A stretch of DNA of 64,000 bases from a phage: NCBI GenBank assembly GCA_026165385.1, contig GCA_026165385.1_4524.1; one strand, written 5' to 3'. Positions 30,243 to 41,120 of this stretch are shown piece by piece (within the stretch, counting starts at the first letter, position 1; each line of letters starts with the position of its first letter). The notes beneath the pieces were generated by a model. It was not told the origin of the DNA. It saw only the letters and a list, made by a program, of their open reading frames with translations, and searched no databases. Both the position numbers and the translations under genes were made by a program.

Positions 30243-30260
30243 TGGAGGCCGAAGCCTCCA
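30243..30260 (-). terminator. UUCG-tetraloop terminator between ORFs 30270..30635 and 29941..30228
   Basis: TGGAGGC-CGAA-GCCTCCA flanked by a T-run. Confidence 0.65.
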
Positions 30261-30269
30261 TTTTTAAGA

Positions 30270-30635
30270 TTAGATATCGAATTCGTTCAGAACTACATCA
30301 AAGATTGCTTCCAGGTGTTCAGGTTTAGCTCGGTTACTCAGGATATGACGAATCCAAGTTTTAACCAGAAGTTTACGATTAACACCATTCCAGCAAGGAT
30401 GAGTACCTAAATCACGTTGACGGAAATCGTCATCTAATGCAATTTTGAAGTTGGAACCTTCCATCGTGATTGAAACCGTGATGCCATTTTCAAATCGCAT
30501 ATAAACGTAATTAGGAGTCATATACTGCTCAATTTCACATACTGAACCATTTTTATGCTTCCACAAACAAACCGTATCGATAGAACCAGCGATACCGTTA
30601 GAAACGTATTTGCGTTCGAAGTTGGTGTAGTTCAT
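30270..30635 (-). CDS. Hypothetical protein
   Basis: Start placed at MNYTNFERKY with GGAGA Shine-Dalgarno and an early promoter upstream. Confidence 0.5.
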   Translation of the reverse strand: MNYTNFERKYVSNGIAGSIDTVCLWKHKNGSVCEIEQYMTPNYVYMRFENGITVSITMEGSNFKIALDDDFRQRDLGTHPCWNGVNRKLLVKTWIRHILSNRAKPEHLEAIFDVVLNEFDI

Positions 30636-30676
30636 TTTATTCTCCAGATGTTTAAGTTGTTTGTTGGTACAGGTAT

Positions 30677-30705
30677 ATAATAACATATCCTGTACCAAAG
30701 TAAAC
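30677..30705 (-). promoter_or_regulatory. Early-type promoter (GTTTAC-N17-TATTAT) upstream of ORF 30270..30635
   Basis: Minus-strand motif; the -10 is flanked by an 8-bp inverted repeat GGTACAGG/CCTGTACC. Confidence 0.5.
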
Positions 30706-30708
30706 ATT

Positions 30709-31080
30709 TTATTTGATTTTTGTCCACTTAGCTGAATCAATAACACCTTTTGCTTTAATCTTCTCGATTAATGACTCTGCGCGATTTCTGGCATTTTCGT
30801 ACCATACAACATCTTCAGAGTAACCAGTTTCTTCATCTTCATAAGTTTTAGAACGAATACAGCCATAAACTGTAGAATTCAGACGGTAAATTTCACCAGT
30901 GAAAAAGTTTTCGATTTCGATATGATAACAAAAATCGTCTGAAGGGCCATCAGGAGTTGTACAATAAACCACATCACCTTGAACTGAACGAACCATCCAC
31001 TGTAACTCGTTAACAACTTGAGATTTATATCCATCATGGTCACGGCATTTAATTGTAGCATTTAAATTGATAATGTTCAT
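30709..31080 (-). CDS. Hypothetical protein
   Basis: 123 aa ORF with Shine-Dalgarno (GGAGAATAAA) and an early promoter upstream. Confidence 0.5.
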   Translation of the reverse strand: MNIINLNATIKCRDHDGYKSQVVNELQWMVRSVQGDVVYCTTPDGPSDDFCYHIEIENFFTGEIYRLNSTVYGCIRSKTYEDEETGYSEDVVWYENARNRAESLIEKIKAKGVIDSAKWTKIK

Positions 31081-31121
31081 TTTATTCTCCGGCTGTTTTA
31101 TTGATTAGATGGTACAAGTCT

Positions 31122-31150
31122 ATAGTAACACATCCTACAGGAGAGTAAAC
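31122..31150 (-). promoter_or_regulatory. Early-type promoter (GTTTAC-N17-TACTAT) upstream of ORF 30709..31080
   Basis: Minus-strand motif. Confidence 0.55.
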
Positions 31151-31186
31151 ATCTTTTTAAACTTTTTCTGCCCTAAACGCACAAAA

Positions 31187-31204
31187 GGGAGACCGAAGTC
31201 TCCC
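31187..31204 (-). terminator. UUCG-tetraloop terminator downstream of the 59 aa basic ORF
   Basis: GGGAGAC-CGAA-GTCTCCC; the same 18-mer as at 45949 and the reverse complement of 8169. Confidence 0.7.
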
Positions 31205-31209
31205 TAAAA

Positions 31210-31389
31210 TTATGCAACAACCTTTCCAAAACGAGAAGCATCATCTCGAAGAACTGCACGTGCTCTGCGCATGATCTTCTCAACTGTTTGATTAATACGA
31301 GAGTTCGACCCACGCTTGTATCCAGCGCGTTTAGAGGTACCATCAACTTTCTTTTCAACTGCTTTCTTTGCTTTAGCTTGTTTTGCCAT
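31210..31389 (-). CDS. Small lysine-rich basic protein, 59 aa (absent from the ORF track; 30.9 position)
   Basis: Own translation: MAKQAKAKKAVEKKVDGTSKRAGYKRGSNSRINQTVEKIMRRARAVLRDDASRFGKVVA; followed by a UUCG hairpin terminator. Confidence 0.45.
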   Translation of the reverse strand: MAKQAKAKKAVEKKVDGTSKRAGYKRGSNSRINQTVEKIMRRARAVLRDDASRFGKVVA

Positions 31390-31684
31390 TATAAATTCTC
31401 TTTAAATGAAAATGCAGGACTTATTGACATTGCCTGCGCAAGCCCTCAACGGGAACATAGGTTTTGGATATTTAACGACAGGATAACCATAAACCTCGTC
31501 ATCATACCAACCACGACTTAGACAGATAACCTTTTTCTGACGCGTGATAGTACAAAATACATTCAAGAGGTACACCGTAAAACTGCCGGGGTCTTAAAAC
31601 TATAATGATTCGCAAATCATTAATCAGACAGTTCGACGGCTCCTCGATTTTCTAGCCGCACTAAGGTAGCGAATCACCTAAAAC

Positions 31685-31933
31685 TTATTTAAGGGTAATA
31701 ACAAAATGACGTACTGCTTTACGAGCTGCAGAAGCCAAAGGCTTAGCATATTTCAGTTCATCTTTTGCTTCCAGTTCAGAGGCCAAAGCTGCCTGTACCG
31801 GGTTCAGATGTTTGAAATAACGCAAGATTTCCAGTGCTTCGGCTTCAACATCAATCGACGCGCCGTAGTTTTCGTGACCGTTATTCCATGCGTTTCGTTG
31901 CAGTTCAAGAGCGTGTTGTAATTGTTTAATCAT
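31685..31933 (-). CDS. rIII: Probable rIII lysis-inhibition accessory protein
   Basis: 82 aa ORF immediately downstream of gene 31 as in T4; size matches T4 rIII (82 aa). Confidence 0.6.
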   Translation of the reverse strand: MIKQLQHALELQRNAWNNGHENYGASIDVEAEALEILRYFKHLNPVQAALASELEAKDELKYAKPLASAARKAVRHFVITLK

Positions 31934-32049
31934 TTTAAATTCTCAATTCGAGATAATATTTAGTAGCCACGTTCGTCTGAATTTCACCTTCTTTCGACAG
32001 GTCTCTCAGTTGTAGGCTACCGCTTAGAAGAGTGTTCTCTTCATATAGT

Positions 32050-32057
32050 TATTTATA
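32050..32057 (-). promoter_or_regulatory. Possible late promoter (minus strand) upstream of rIII
   Basis: Plus-strand TATTTATA immediately after the gene 31 stop. Confidence 0.4.
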
Positions 32058-32390
32058 TCACTTATAAAGACACGGAATAGCTTTATAGTGGCATGTTACG
32101 AATTTCTGTTTAATTTCTTTAGGTTGTTTAAGTCCCAAAGCCACAAATGGATGTGGAACATTTCGAATTTGTCCAACTGGTAGTGGAGTCAAATCACCGA
32201 CTTCAACAAAACCTTCAGGAACATCAGGACCTACAGAATGAACTACACATAGTTCAGGAACTTCACCTTGAACACGTTTACCAATCACAAGTCCTGATTC
32301 GGTAACTTCTTCATCACCTGCTTGAGCGGGTTCAGAAACCAGAATGACATATTCACCAACAGCACGAATTGGGAGTTGTACTTCAGACAT
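32058..32390 (-). CDS. 31: Co-chaperonin gp31 (GroES analogue)
   Basis: 110 aa; near-identical to T4 gp31 ([30 protein letters not shown]...[11 protein letters not shown]). Confidence 0.95.
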   Translation of the reverse strand: MSEVQLPIRAVGEYVILVSEPAQAGDEEVTESGLVIGKRVQGEVPELCVVHSVGPDVPEGFVEVGDLTPLPVGQIRNVPHPFVALGLKQPKEIKQKFVTCHYKAIPCLYK

Positions 32391-32447
32391 CTTATTTCCT
32401 TGTTGTTTGACGATAGATTAATAATACCATACTATTCGTAAAGCATA

Positions 32448-32756
32448 TTACATAAGAAGCAAACGTTCTACCGGAGTACCGTCAACCGAAATTACTTTAT
32501 CAAGGCGGAAAGAACGCCACTGACCTAACTTGGTATCGAATGCTCGAACTGATTCACGAGGTTCAGAACGAACTTCTGTTGCTGGATTTCTATTTTCATA
32601 TTTGACTTCAAGTTCATCACGGGAGGCAAACATCGTACGAACATCACCGTTAGCCTTTTCAAATACAACACAATGAACGCCTACAGACAGAATAGTTTTA
32701 ATACGTTCACGAAGAACCATAGTTTCTTGTTCAGTTAAAATCATATTATTCACCAC
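32448..32756 (-). CDS. Hypothetical protein (31.1/31.2 position)
   Basis: 102 aa ORF between cd and gene 31. Confidence 0.5.
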   Translation of the reverse strand: MVNNMILTEQETMVLRERIKTILSVGVHCVVFEKANGDVRTMFASRDELEVKYENRNPATEVRSEPRESVRAFDTKLGQWRSFRLDKVISVDGTPVERLLLM

Positions 32757-33327
32757 AAAAGTTTCGAATTTGTTCCCAATTCAGAGAACGAAGATTATTA
32801 CGAGAGTACTGAATTACTTCAATACCAGCTTGTTTAAGAATGTCTGTCCAATTTTCAGGAGACCGGTCATATAATTCTGCATATACAACCTTTTTAATGC
32901 CTGACTGTGTGATAGCTTTAGTGCAATCAGGACACGGAGAAAGCGTAGTATATAACGTAGCACCTTCAATAGAATTACCTTTACGAGCTGCAAACAAAAT
33001 TGCATTCAATTCCGCATGGATTTCGTTATTAGCAGACCATGCACTATGAGCGGCCCGATGTTCTTTAGCCAAAACAAAATTATCTGCCCGGCCAAATGCT
33101 GTAGTGCCTTCTTTATGCCCAGCAACGATGACCGGGCTTGGTTTATTCTTCAACCAACCTTGTTCGGTAGCATGGTCACAACAGTTTGTACCACCTGAAG
33201 GAGACCCGTTATAACCCGTAGAGATAATGCGCCCATCTTTTTCAATGACGGCACCAACTTTCCATGAACAACATTTTGATTCTTGAGAAATCAGATATGC
33301 AATCTGAAGGTATGTGCTAGCTTTCAT
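32746..33327 (-). CDS. cd: dCMP deaminase
   Basis: 193 aa (same as T4 Cd); zinc-binding HAE...PCxxC deaminase motifs (HAELNAI, SPCPDC). Confidence 0.95.
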   Translation of the reverse strand: MKASTYLQIAYLISQESKCCSWKVGAVIEKDGRIISTGYNGSPSGGTNCCDHATEQGWLKNKPSPVIVAGHKEGTTAFGRADNFVLAKEHRAAHSAWSANNEIHAELNAILFAARKGNSIEGATLYTTLSPCPDCTKAITQSGIKKVVYAELYDRSPENWTDILKQAGIEVIQYSRNNLRSLNWEQIRNFCGE

Positions 33328-34319
33328 TATTGAACCTTATTAATATAAGTTAACAGCTCTTTAGTTTGTTCCCAACTGATGCACGCATCGGTAACGGAAA
33401 CGCCATAGGACATATTATCAGAAATTTTTTGATTTCCTTCATGTAGGAACGATTCTATCATAATTCCTTTGACCAAATCATTCGCTGCTAAATTTTTACC
33501 AATACCAATTTGATTGCTATAATGCCCAGCAGCGTTTGCATGGCTACAGTCAACCATTACATAATGATTCAGACCTACTGCCCTTGCTTTGTTAGAAGCT
33601 TCTTGAATATCAGAAGAATGATAGTTCGGGCCGTTGGTCCCGCCACGCAATACGATATGCGTATTCTGATTACCTTCAGCTTCAACAATGCCTACAGTAC
33701 CATCGACGTCCATACCCATATACCGATGAGGCCAGGCGGCACTATACATCGCGTCTGTAGCTACTTTAATAGAACCATTGGTTGCGTTCTTGAAGCCTAC
33801 GCACATCGGTAGACCTGAAGCAATTTCACGATGTGTCTGACTTTCAGTCGTACGGGCACCAATAGCAACCCATGAGAAAATACCAGAAAGATACTTAATC
33901 GTGAATGGGTCTAATACTTCAGTTGCTAATGGAAGTCCCATACGTAGAAGTTTACGACACAATGTTCGTGCAACTATAAGACCGTGGTTCATATCAAAAC
34001 TTCCATCAAGATATGGATCATTTACAAGACCTTTCCAACCTACGGTAGTTCGAGGCTTTTCAAAATAAACGCGCATCACTAACAGAACATTAGGAAGACG
34101 AGTTTGAAGTTCAGCCAGACGTTTGCCGTATTCAACAGCAGCAATAGGGTCATGAATTGAACAAGGACCTACAACAATAAGTTTGCGTGGGTCTTCACCG
34201 TTCATAATCGAATTAACTTGTTCGCGATGAGAAGCAACTTGTGATGCGTAAGCTTCCGACAAAGGAATAATCTCAGCCAGTTCTTTTGGAGAAATAAGTT
34301 TTCCGACGACAGGTAACAT
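33327..34319 (-). CDS. Class I DAHP synthase (phospho-2-dehydro-3-deoxyheptonate aldolase, AroG/AroF/AroH type)
   Basis: 330 aa; aligns by eye to E. coli AroG along its length (VVGPCSIHD, MRVYFEKPRTTVGWKGL, WVAIGARTTESQ, DCSHAN, GVSVTDACISWE); stop overlaps cd start (TAATG). Confidence 0.88.
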   Translation of the reverse strand: MLPVVGKLISPKELAEIIPLSEAYASQVASHREQVNSIMNGEDPRKLIVVGPCSIHDPIAAVEYGKRLAELQTRLPNVLLVMRVYFEKPRTTVGWKGLVNDPYLDGSFDMNHGLIVARTLCRKLLRMGLPLATEVLDPFTIKYLSGIFSWVAIGARTTESQTHREIASGLPMCVGFKNATNGSIKVATDAMYSAAWPHRYMGMDVDGTVGIVEAEGNQNTHIVLRGGTNGPNYHSSDIQEASNKARAVGLNHYVMVDCSHANAAGHYSNQIGIGKNLAANDLVKGIMIESFLHEGNQKISDNMSYGVSVTDACISWEQTKELLTYINKVQ

Positions 34320-34439
34320 AACAATCCTTAGGAAATATAAATAGATTCTGATTCAACAATACCTTTAACCGGATTAGACAGGCTAAGTTGGTAGTGCTCA
34401 GATTTATGACCATTCTCTATAGTAATGAGATAGCTCTCA

Positions 34440-34676
34440 TTATAGTGTTCCATATACTCGAGTTGCTTCAACTAAACCGTCACTGCCTAATTTAAGGCTA
34501 GTAATCTGGTCACCATCTTTAGGATTAACGATTATGAGAAAAGAACGTGGAGATTCTTGAATAACTCGTAATGTTGCATCCTGGAAACGTTCAGACACTT
34601 TATTGATGAGTGCTTGAGCAAATTCTTTTACTTTAATCTGAAATTCGTGTACTGTAATTGGATTTTCACTTAGCAT
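34440..34676 (-). CDS. Hypothetical protein
   Basis: 78 aa ORF with an early promoter (GTTTAC-N18-TACTAT) and Shine-Dalgarno upstream. Confidence 0.5.
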   Translation of the reverse strand: MLSENPITVHEFQIKVKEFAQALINKVSERFQDATLRVIQESPRSFLIIVNPKDGDQITSLKLGSDGLVEATRVYGTL

Positions 34677-34705
34677 TTCGATTTCCTCATTGTATTGGTA
34701 GAGTT

Positions 34706-34735
34706 ATAGTATCACAACTCCACCATGTTGTAAAC
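34706..34735 (-). promoter_or_regulatory. Early-type promoter (GTTTAC-N18-TACTAT) upstream of ORF 34440..34676
   Basis: Minus-strand motif. Confidence 0.55.
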
Positions 34736-34737
34736 CA

Positions 34738-35013
34738 TTAAATTGCTTTGCATTCAATTTTTTGTGTACCGAAATTGATATCACATTGGATAACTAAATC
34801 GCCGTCAAGATCAAATACCACTATGACGTGTGCAGACCCAGGGAGAAGAGTAATAGCAATAGAATCTACTTGGTCCGGGAGCAAAGCATTGAGTACATGA
34901 GTTAGTTGAGCATGAACTCTGAGTTCGGCTGCATTATCAAGCACTTCAAACATATTATTAGCAATAATCTGACTGAAGACTACCTTTACAATTTCAGAAT
35001 AAGTTGGGAACAT
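34738..35013 (-). CDS. Hypothetical protein
   Basis: 91 aa ORF in the cd-pseT interval. Confidence 0.45.
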   Translation of the reverse strand: MFPTYSEIVKVVFSQIIANNMFEVLDNAAELRVHAQLTHVLNALLPDQVDSIAITLLPGSAHVIVVFDLDGDLVIQCDINFGTQKIECKAI

Positions 35014-35020
35014 AATTACC

Positions 35021-35245
35021 TCAGTGCACAGTATTTACTTTAACTCGAACAACAAATCGCTCGGTTGGTTCGCCTACAGGAACAAACTCTACATGATACT
35101 CGCCTTTGTATCGAGTATTCAGGTCATTACGAATTCCGGCGAGTTTGTTGATTAATGTAGGACTCATACTAAGTCCCACTAGTTTACGAAGCATTTTGTA
35201 TGCTTCATCTTCGATTTCATGATGTTTATCGTACATAGTTTTCAT
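35021..35245 (-). CDS. Hypothetical protein
   Basis: 74 aa ORF in the cd-pseT interval. Confidence 0.45.
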   Translation of the reverse strand: MKTMYDKHHEIEDEAYKMLRKLVGLSMSPTLINKLAGIRNDLNTRYKGEYHVEFVPVGEPTERFVVRVKVNTVH

Positions 35246-35416
35246 TTAACCATTCAATTGCCTGGTCGACGTTATCAAATATACCACCGTCCAAACGTTC
35301 TTCATGCTCATAGTCCAGCACATCAATACCGAACTGTCCATTTACTAAAGGCCAGGCTACAAACAAATATTCTTTATGCCGTTCAATGGCCTCGATCACT
35401 TCGTATAATCGTTTCA

Positions 35417-35417
<1 letters not shown>
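35226..35417 (-). CDS. Hypothetical acidic protein
   Basis: 63 aa ORF directly downstream of pseT. Confidence 0.45.
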
Positions 35418-36503
<1,086 letters not shown>

Positions 36504-36504
<1 letters not shown>

Positions 36505-36803
36505 TATTTTATTCCTAAGAAAGTTTCAAGAATACGAATGTTATGCTCGCGTCGGTCTTTATTAATTTCAGCAACGTTTTTATTAATTGACGTACTTCTA
36601 ACGTTTGAAGAAATAAATTTAATCATATGACTTTTGAGTTGTTGCAAATCCAACCCTTTTTCTTTAGCAGCTTTACGAAGAGCTTTACCTGCTTCATCTA
36701 GTGCCTTTGCTGCATCTTTGTCATAATTGCCAAGTGTCATTCCACGGCAGATATCAATATACTCATCAGACCGTTTGATGTAATTCTCTAGTAACGTTTT
36801 CAT
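36504..36803 (-). CDS. Hypothetical protein
   Basis: 99 aa ORF in the pseT.x cluster. Confidence 0.5.
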
Positions 36804-36860
36804 TTAGATTTCCTCAGTTATCCATAGGAGCATTATACTCTGCTCCCGAGAGTTTGTAAA

Positions 36861-37085
36861 CTATTTTACTAAAGATTCAATATACTCATGAAGAGCTTTA
36901 GTCGCTACTGCCCACTTATTCTGATATTCATTTTTCAGATTAGCACGAGACTGAACTAACAAGCGGTCATTAGTCGGAGGCAAAGATTCTAATCGTTGAA
37001 TCTGGCGTCCATAAATCATAGCCGCCATTTCAGATTCATAGATAAGCCCTTTAATGTATTCATGCTGTTCTTTAGTCATTGGCAT
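36861..37085 (-). CDS. Hypothetical protein
   Basis: 74 aa ORF in the pseT.x cluster. Confidence 0.5.
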   Translation of the reverse strand: MPMTKEQHEYIKGLIYESEMAAMIYGRQIQRLESLPPTNDRLLVQSRANLKNEYQNKWAVATKALHEYIESLVK

Positions 37086-37366
37086 TTTTCCTCTTTTAAA
37101 CCACTACGATAATAACATAACATAGTCTTCTGGTCATGTATATATCTTTTTACGTCGTTTAACCAGATACGAAATTCTTGAGAGTCTTCAAATGGCATTC
37201 CAACCCACGGATTACCATCAATAACCTTTACTTGCCATTTCTGGTTGTATTCGGAAATAGGCGTAGGCCATGAAGGATGTAAAGTTTCTTTAGGGCTTAC
37301 TGGCACATCCTGAGTACATCCAACTAGGAGACCAATAGATAATACAGCCACAGTTAATTTAATCAT
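37076..37366 (-). CDS. Outer-membrane spanin (Rz1-like lipoprotein)
   Basis: 96 aa; signal peptide plus lipobox (LLVGC); directly downstream of and overlapping a TMD/coiled-coil protein; T4 spanins lie in the pseT.2/pseT.3 position. Confidence 0.65.
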   Translation of the reverse strand: MIKLTVAVLSIGLLVGCTQDVPVSPKETLHPSWPTPISEYNQKWQVKVIDGNPWVGMPFEDSQEFRIWLNDVKRYIHDQKTMLCYYRSGLKEEKCQ

Positions 37367-37719
37367 TCTGAGAGCTTCCTGAGGTCTTCTGCAAAGGAAT
37401 CGAAGGACCTGTTGATTTGTTTTTCGACCAATCCTGGCTTACTTGCCACCACGTTCTTCTTCTTCGAATCCTTACGGAGCTTTTCATTTTCAGCCTTAAG
37501 TTGGTCAACTAAAACACGGTTCTTATAAGTCATTTCTTCGATTGACTGATATTGAATCTTGAAGTCGTCTAATACTTTAGCATTGTTTTTAGCAGTCTCT
37601 TTAACAGAAGCCAATTCAGTATTCAGCGAATCGACTTTATGGTTCAGAAATGCTATTGTTACAGTAGCAACAACTGCAAAAGCTGCCACTACAATATATG
37701 ATGCATTTACTTTAAGCAT
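37363..37719 (-). CDS. Inner-membrane spanin (Rz-like)
   Basis: 118 aa; N-terminal hydrophobic helix (YIVVAAFAVVATVTIAF) followed by a charged coiled-coil region; paired with the lipoprotein ORF. Confidence 0.65.
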   Translation of the reverse strand: MLKVNASYIVVAAFAVVATVTIAFLNHKVDSLNTELASVKETAKNNAKVLDDFKIQYQSIEEMTYKNRVLVDQLKAENEKLRKDSKKKNVVASKPGLVEKQINRSFDSFAEDLRKLSE

Positions 37720-38207
37720 GTTTGAATAATCTCAATGATTTCGTCTCGGGATAATCCATTGATAAGAACTGTTTTAGGCCCATCAGTTTGGATTTTGTAG
37801 GTCTCAAACATTACACACAACTCTTCTGCTGTATGATATGGACTTGAGATTCCGAGGCGGTTGAATTTGTCGGTAAGAGGGTCGCAAATGATGTAGAATT
37901 TTATACCCGCGATATGTACGTTAGGTTGACTAATATTAACGAACACATTAGCGTCGTATTTAGTTAAATTGTTTTGAAGAAATTCTACCATAGCATTAAC
38001 TGCTTCCGGCATTGCTTCACGTTTCTCTTCAGCGTATCGGGTGGAATATTCCTTTTGCTTTAACTTCTTTTTAGCATTTTTCGCTAGAGTAGTACGAAGG
38101 TCTGTAAGATAACCAACTGCACGGCCTTTCTTAAAGACCCGGATTCCATCTGTAGAATCACCAAATGCCGCCACAACCATATCGTTAGTAATCAATTGCA
38201 TATTCAT
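37707..38207 (-). CDS. alc: Alc (host transcription unfolding/termination protein)-like
   Basis: 166 aa (T4 Alc 167 aa); position between the pseT cluster and rnlA; early promoter upstream. Confidence 0.7.
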   Translation of the reverse strand: MNMQLITNDMVVAAFGDSTDGIRVFKKGRAVGYLTDLRTTLAKNAKKKLKQKEYSTRYAEEKREAMPEAVNAMVEFLQNNLTKYDANVFVNISQPNVHIAGIKFYIICDPLTDKFNRLGISSPYHTAEELCVMFETYKIQTDGPKTVLINGLSRDEIIEIIQTCLK

Positions 38208-38237
38208 AATTTTCTCCTCGTGTTGTTGATAAAAGCC

Positions 38238-38267
38238 ATAGTAACACCTTCCTTGGTGTTTGTAAAC
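38238..38267 (-). promoter_or_regulatory. Early-type promoter (GTTTAC-N18-TACTAT) upstream of alc
   Basis: Minus-strand motif abutting the rnlA stop. Confidence 0.55.
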
Positions 38268-38269
38268 CG

Positions 38270-39403
<1,134 letters not shown>

Positions 39404-39449
39404 TCAGTTAGTTTTTTTAAATTGTACCACAATCCTTGTGGTGTGTAAA

Positions 39450-39860
39450 CTACTTTTTCTTATGTTGGATATTCCAAGGCGGGTTGAACTTTTTGATAAA
39501 AAGTGGTTCTTCAAGGTCCATTGTTGCGATGGTCATTGAACCAAGTTCGTTGGTGACTGAAAGGTCAAAACATTGGCGGGCCCAGAATTCAACCTTTTTG
39601 CCTTGCATTAAGGCATCCAAAATCATAAGTGATTTTCTTGAATCTGAAGTCTGGTCTTTTCGATTTATGGCTGTTCGATAATAGTTAATGCGTTTCTTTA
39701 AATTCTTGGTTTTACCAATATACACAAGTTCGTCATCTATAGCAATAGCGTATATGACATTTTTCTTATTAGGGACATCGACTGTTTTAATTGTTGCATC
39801 TTCTAATAGCTCCAATTCTGTATATTTAATAAAGGAATATTCGGCGGCAATATCTTTCAT
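39450..39860 (-). CDS. denA: Endonuclease II (GIY-YIG family)
   Basis: 136 aa (same as T4 DenA); GIY-YIG-like segment (VIYAIAIDDELVYIGKTKNLKKR). Confidence 0.85.
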   Translation of the reverse strand: MKDIAAEYSFIKYTELELLEDATIKTVDVPNKKNVIYAIAIDDELVYIGKTKNLKKRINYYRTAINRKDQTSDSRKSLMILDALMQGKKVEFWARQCFDLSVTNELGSMTIATMDLEEPLFIKKFNPPWNIQHKKK

Positions 39861-39868
39861 AATAAAGT

Positions 39869-39882
39869 GGGACCGAAGTCCC
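39869..39882 (-). terminator. UUCG-tetraloop hairpin downstream of nrdB
   Basis: GGGAC-CGAA-GTCCC between the nrdB stop and the denA start. Confidence 0.6.
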
Positions 39883-39886
39883 GTCC

Positions 39887-41065
39887 TTAGAAATATTTTT
39901 TGTATGAATTGATTACATTTTGGTCTACATCATTATCAATTTGTGCGACAAGATAAGAACTGATTTCAACTTCCTGAGGAGCTGCTTGAACTAAATCGGA
40001 GTTCAGATATTCACGAATCCATGGAATAGGATGGCGAGTTGATACGTCTTTAAGTGGACAAGGTAGACCACAACTACGCATACGAGATACAGTAAGGTAA
40101 TCCACAAATTCGCTTAGAATTTTAACATTTAGCCCTGGCAGAGCACCATCTTTAAACAAGTGTTCAGCCCATTCTTTTTCTTGAGCATTAACTTCCATAA
40201 AGATATCAACGGCTTCTTTCTCACATTCTTTTGTGATCTGAACCCACTCATCACCATCTTCACCGTCTTGTAAAGCACGAATAATATATTGAGTGCCTTT
40301 AAGGTGAAGCTGTTCATCACGTGCGATGAACTTCATAATCTTCGCATTACCTTCCATAATTTCCATATTTTTATGGAAGTTGAAAGTACAAGCAAAAGAT
40401 ACATAAAAACGAATAGCTTCCAAGGCGTTAATAACATGCAGGCAGAGATAAAGAGATTTCATTAGCTCACGCTTCCAATATGTCTCATGCTCAATAGCAT
40501 CTTCAATAACGTCTTCGTCTGCATTAATTTCTTTTTGGTATTCGATATCAGCTTTAGCATTTTCCCAATAACGAGTTTTAACTAAGACATCGTCGTAATA
40601 ACGTCCGATAGATTCAGCACGTTTCATAATAGCTTCGTCTAATACAATTTCATCAAATACCTTCGATGGATCGGTATAAAGATTTCGCATGATATGAGTA
40701 TATGAACGGGAGTGAATAGTTTCACTGAAAGTCCATGTAGCAACCCATGTATCTAATGAAGGGTCTGAAAGCAATGACATAAGTACCGCAGATGGTGCCC
40801 TGCCTTGGATAGAATCTAATAATGATTGATACTTAAGGTTGTTGGTAAAGATATTCTGTTGGAACTGAGGAAGCTTATTGAACTGGGCTGAATCCAGCAT
40901 CAGGTTTACTTCTTCTGGCCGCCAAAAGAACGAGAGTTGCTTTTCGATAAGCTCTTCAAAAACTTTATGACGTTGGATATCGTAACGTGCAAGACCAAGA
41001 CCAGAACCAAAGAACATCGGTTCATTCAAAACATCGACTTGTTGTGTATTAAAAACTGTACTCAT
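39887..41065 (-). CDS. nrdB: Ribonucleotide reductase small subunit, intron-less
   Basis: 392 aa; class Ia R2 di-iron motifs; continuous reading frame. Confidence 0.95.
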   Translation of the reverse strand: MSTVFNTQQVDVLNEPMFFGSGLGLARYDIQRHKVFEELIEKQLSFFWRPEEVNLMLDSAQFNKLPQFQQNIFTNNLKYQSLLDSIQGRAPSAVLMSLLSDPSLDTWVATWTFSETIHSRSYTHIMRNLYTDPSKVFDEIVLDEAIMKRAESIGRYYDDVLVKTRYWENAKADIEYQKEINADEDVIEDAIEHETYWKRELMKSLYLCLHVINALEAIRFYVSFACTFNFHKNMEIMEGNAKIMKFIARDEQLHLKGTQYIIRALQDGEDGDEWVQITKECEKEAVDIFMEVNAQEKEWAEHLFKDGALPGLNVKILSEFVDYLTVSRMRSCGLPCPLKDVSTRHPIPWIREYLNSDLVQAAPQEVEISSYLVAQIDNDVDQNVINSYKKYF

Positions 41066-41120
41066 TATATTTTCTCACTTAGTTATTAACTCATCCATGA
41101 GTAAATTATAATCAAAAGAC

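Noticed and set aside
31173-31358. Track ORF of 61 aa on the minus strand
   Set aside because: Different frame from the 59 aa lysine-rich ORF that has a proper start and terminator; treated as spurious.
34336-34343. Plus-strand TATAAATA just upstream of the DAHP synthase start region
   Set aside because: It points antisense to a block of minus-strand early genes with no plus-strand ORF downstream; insufficient support.
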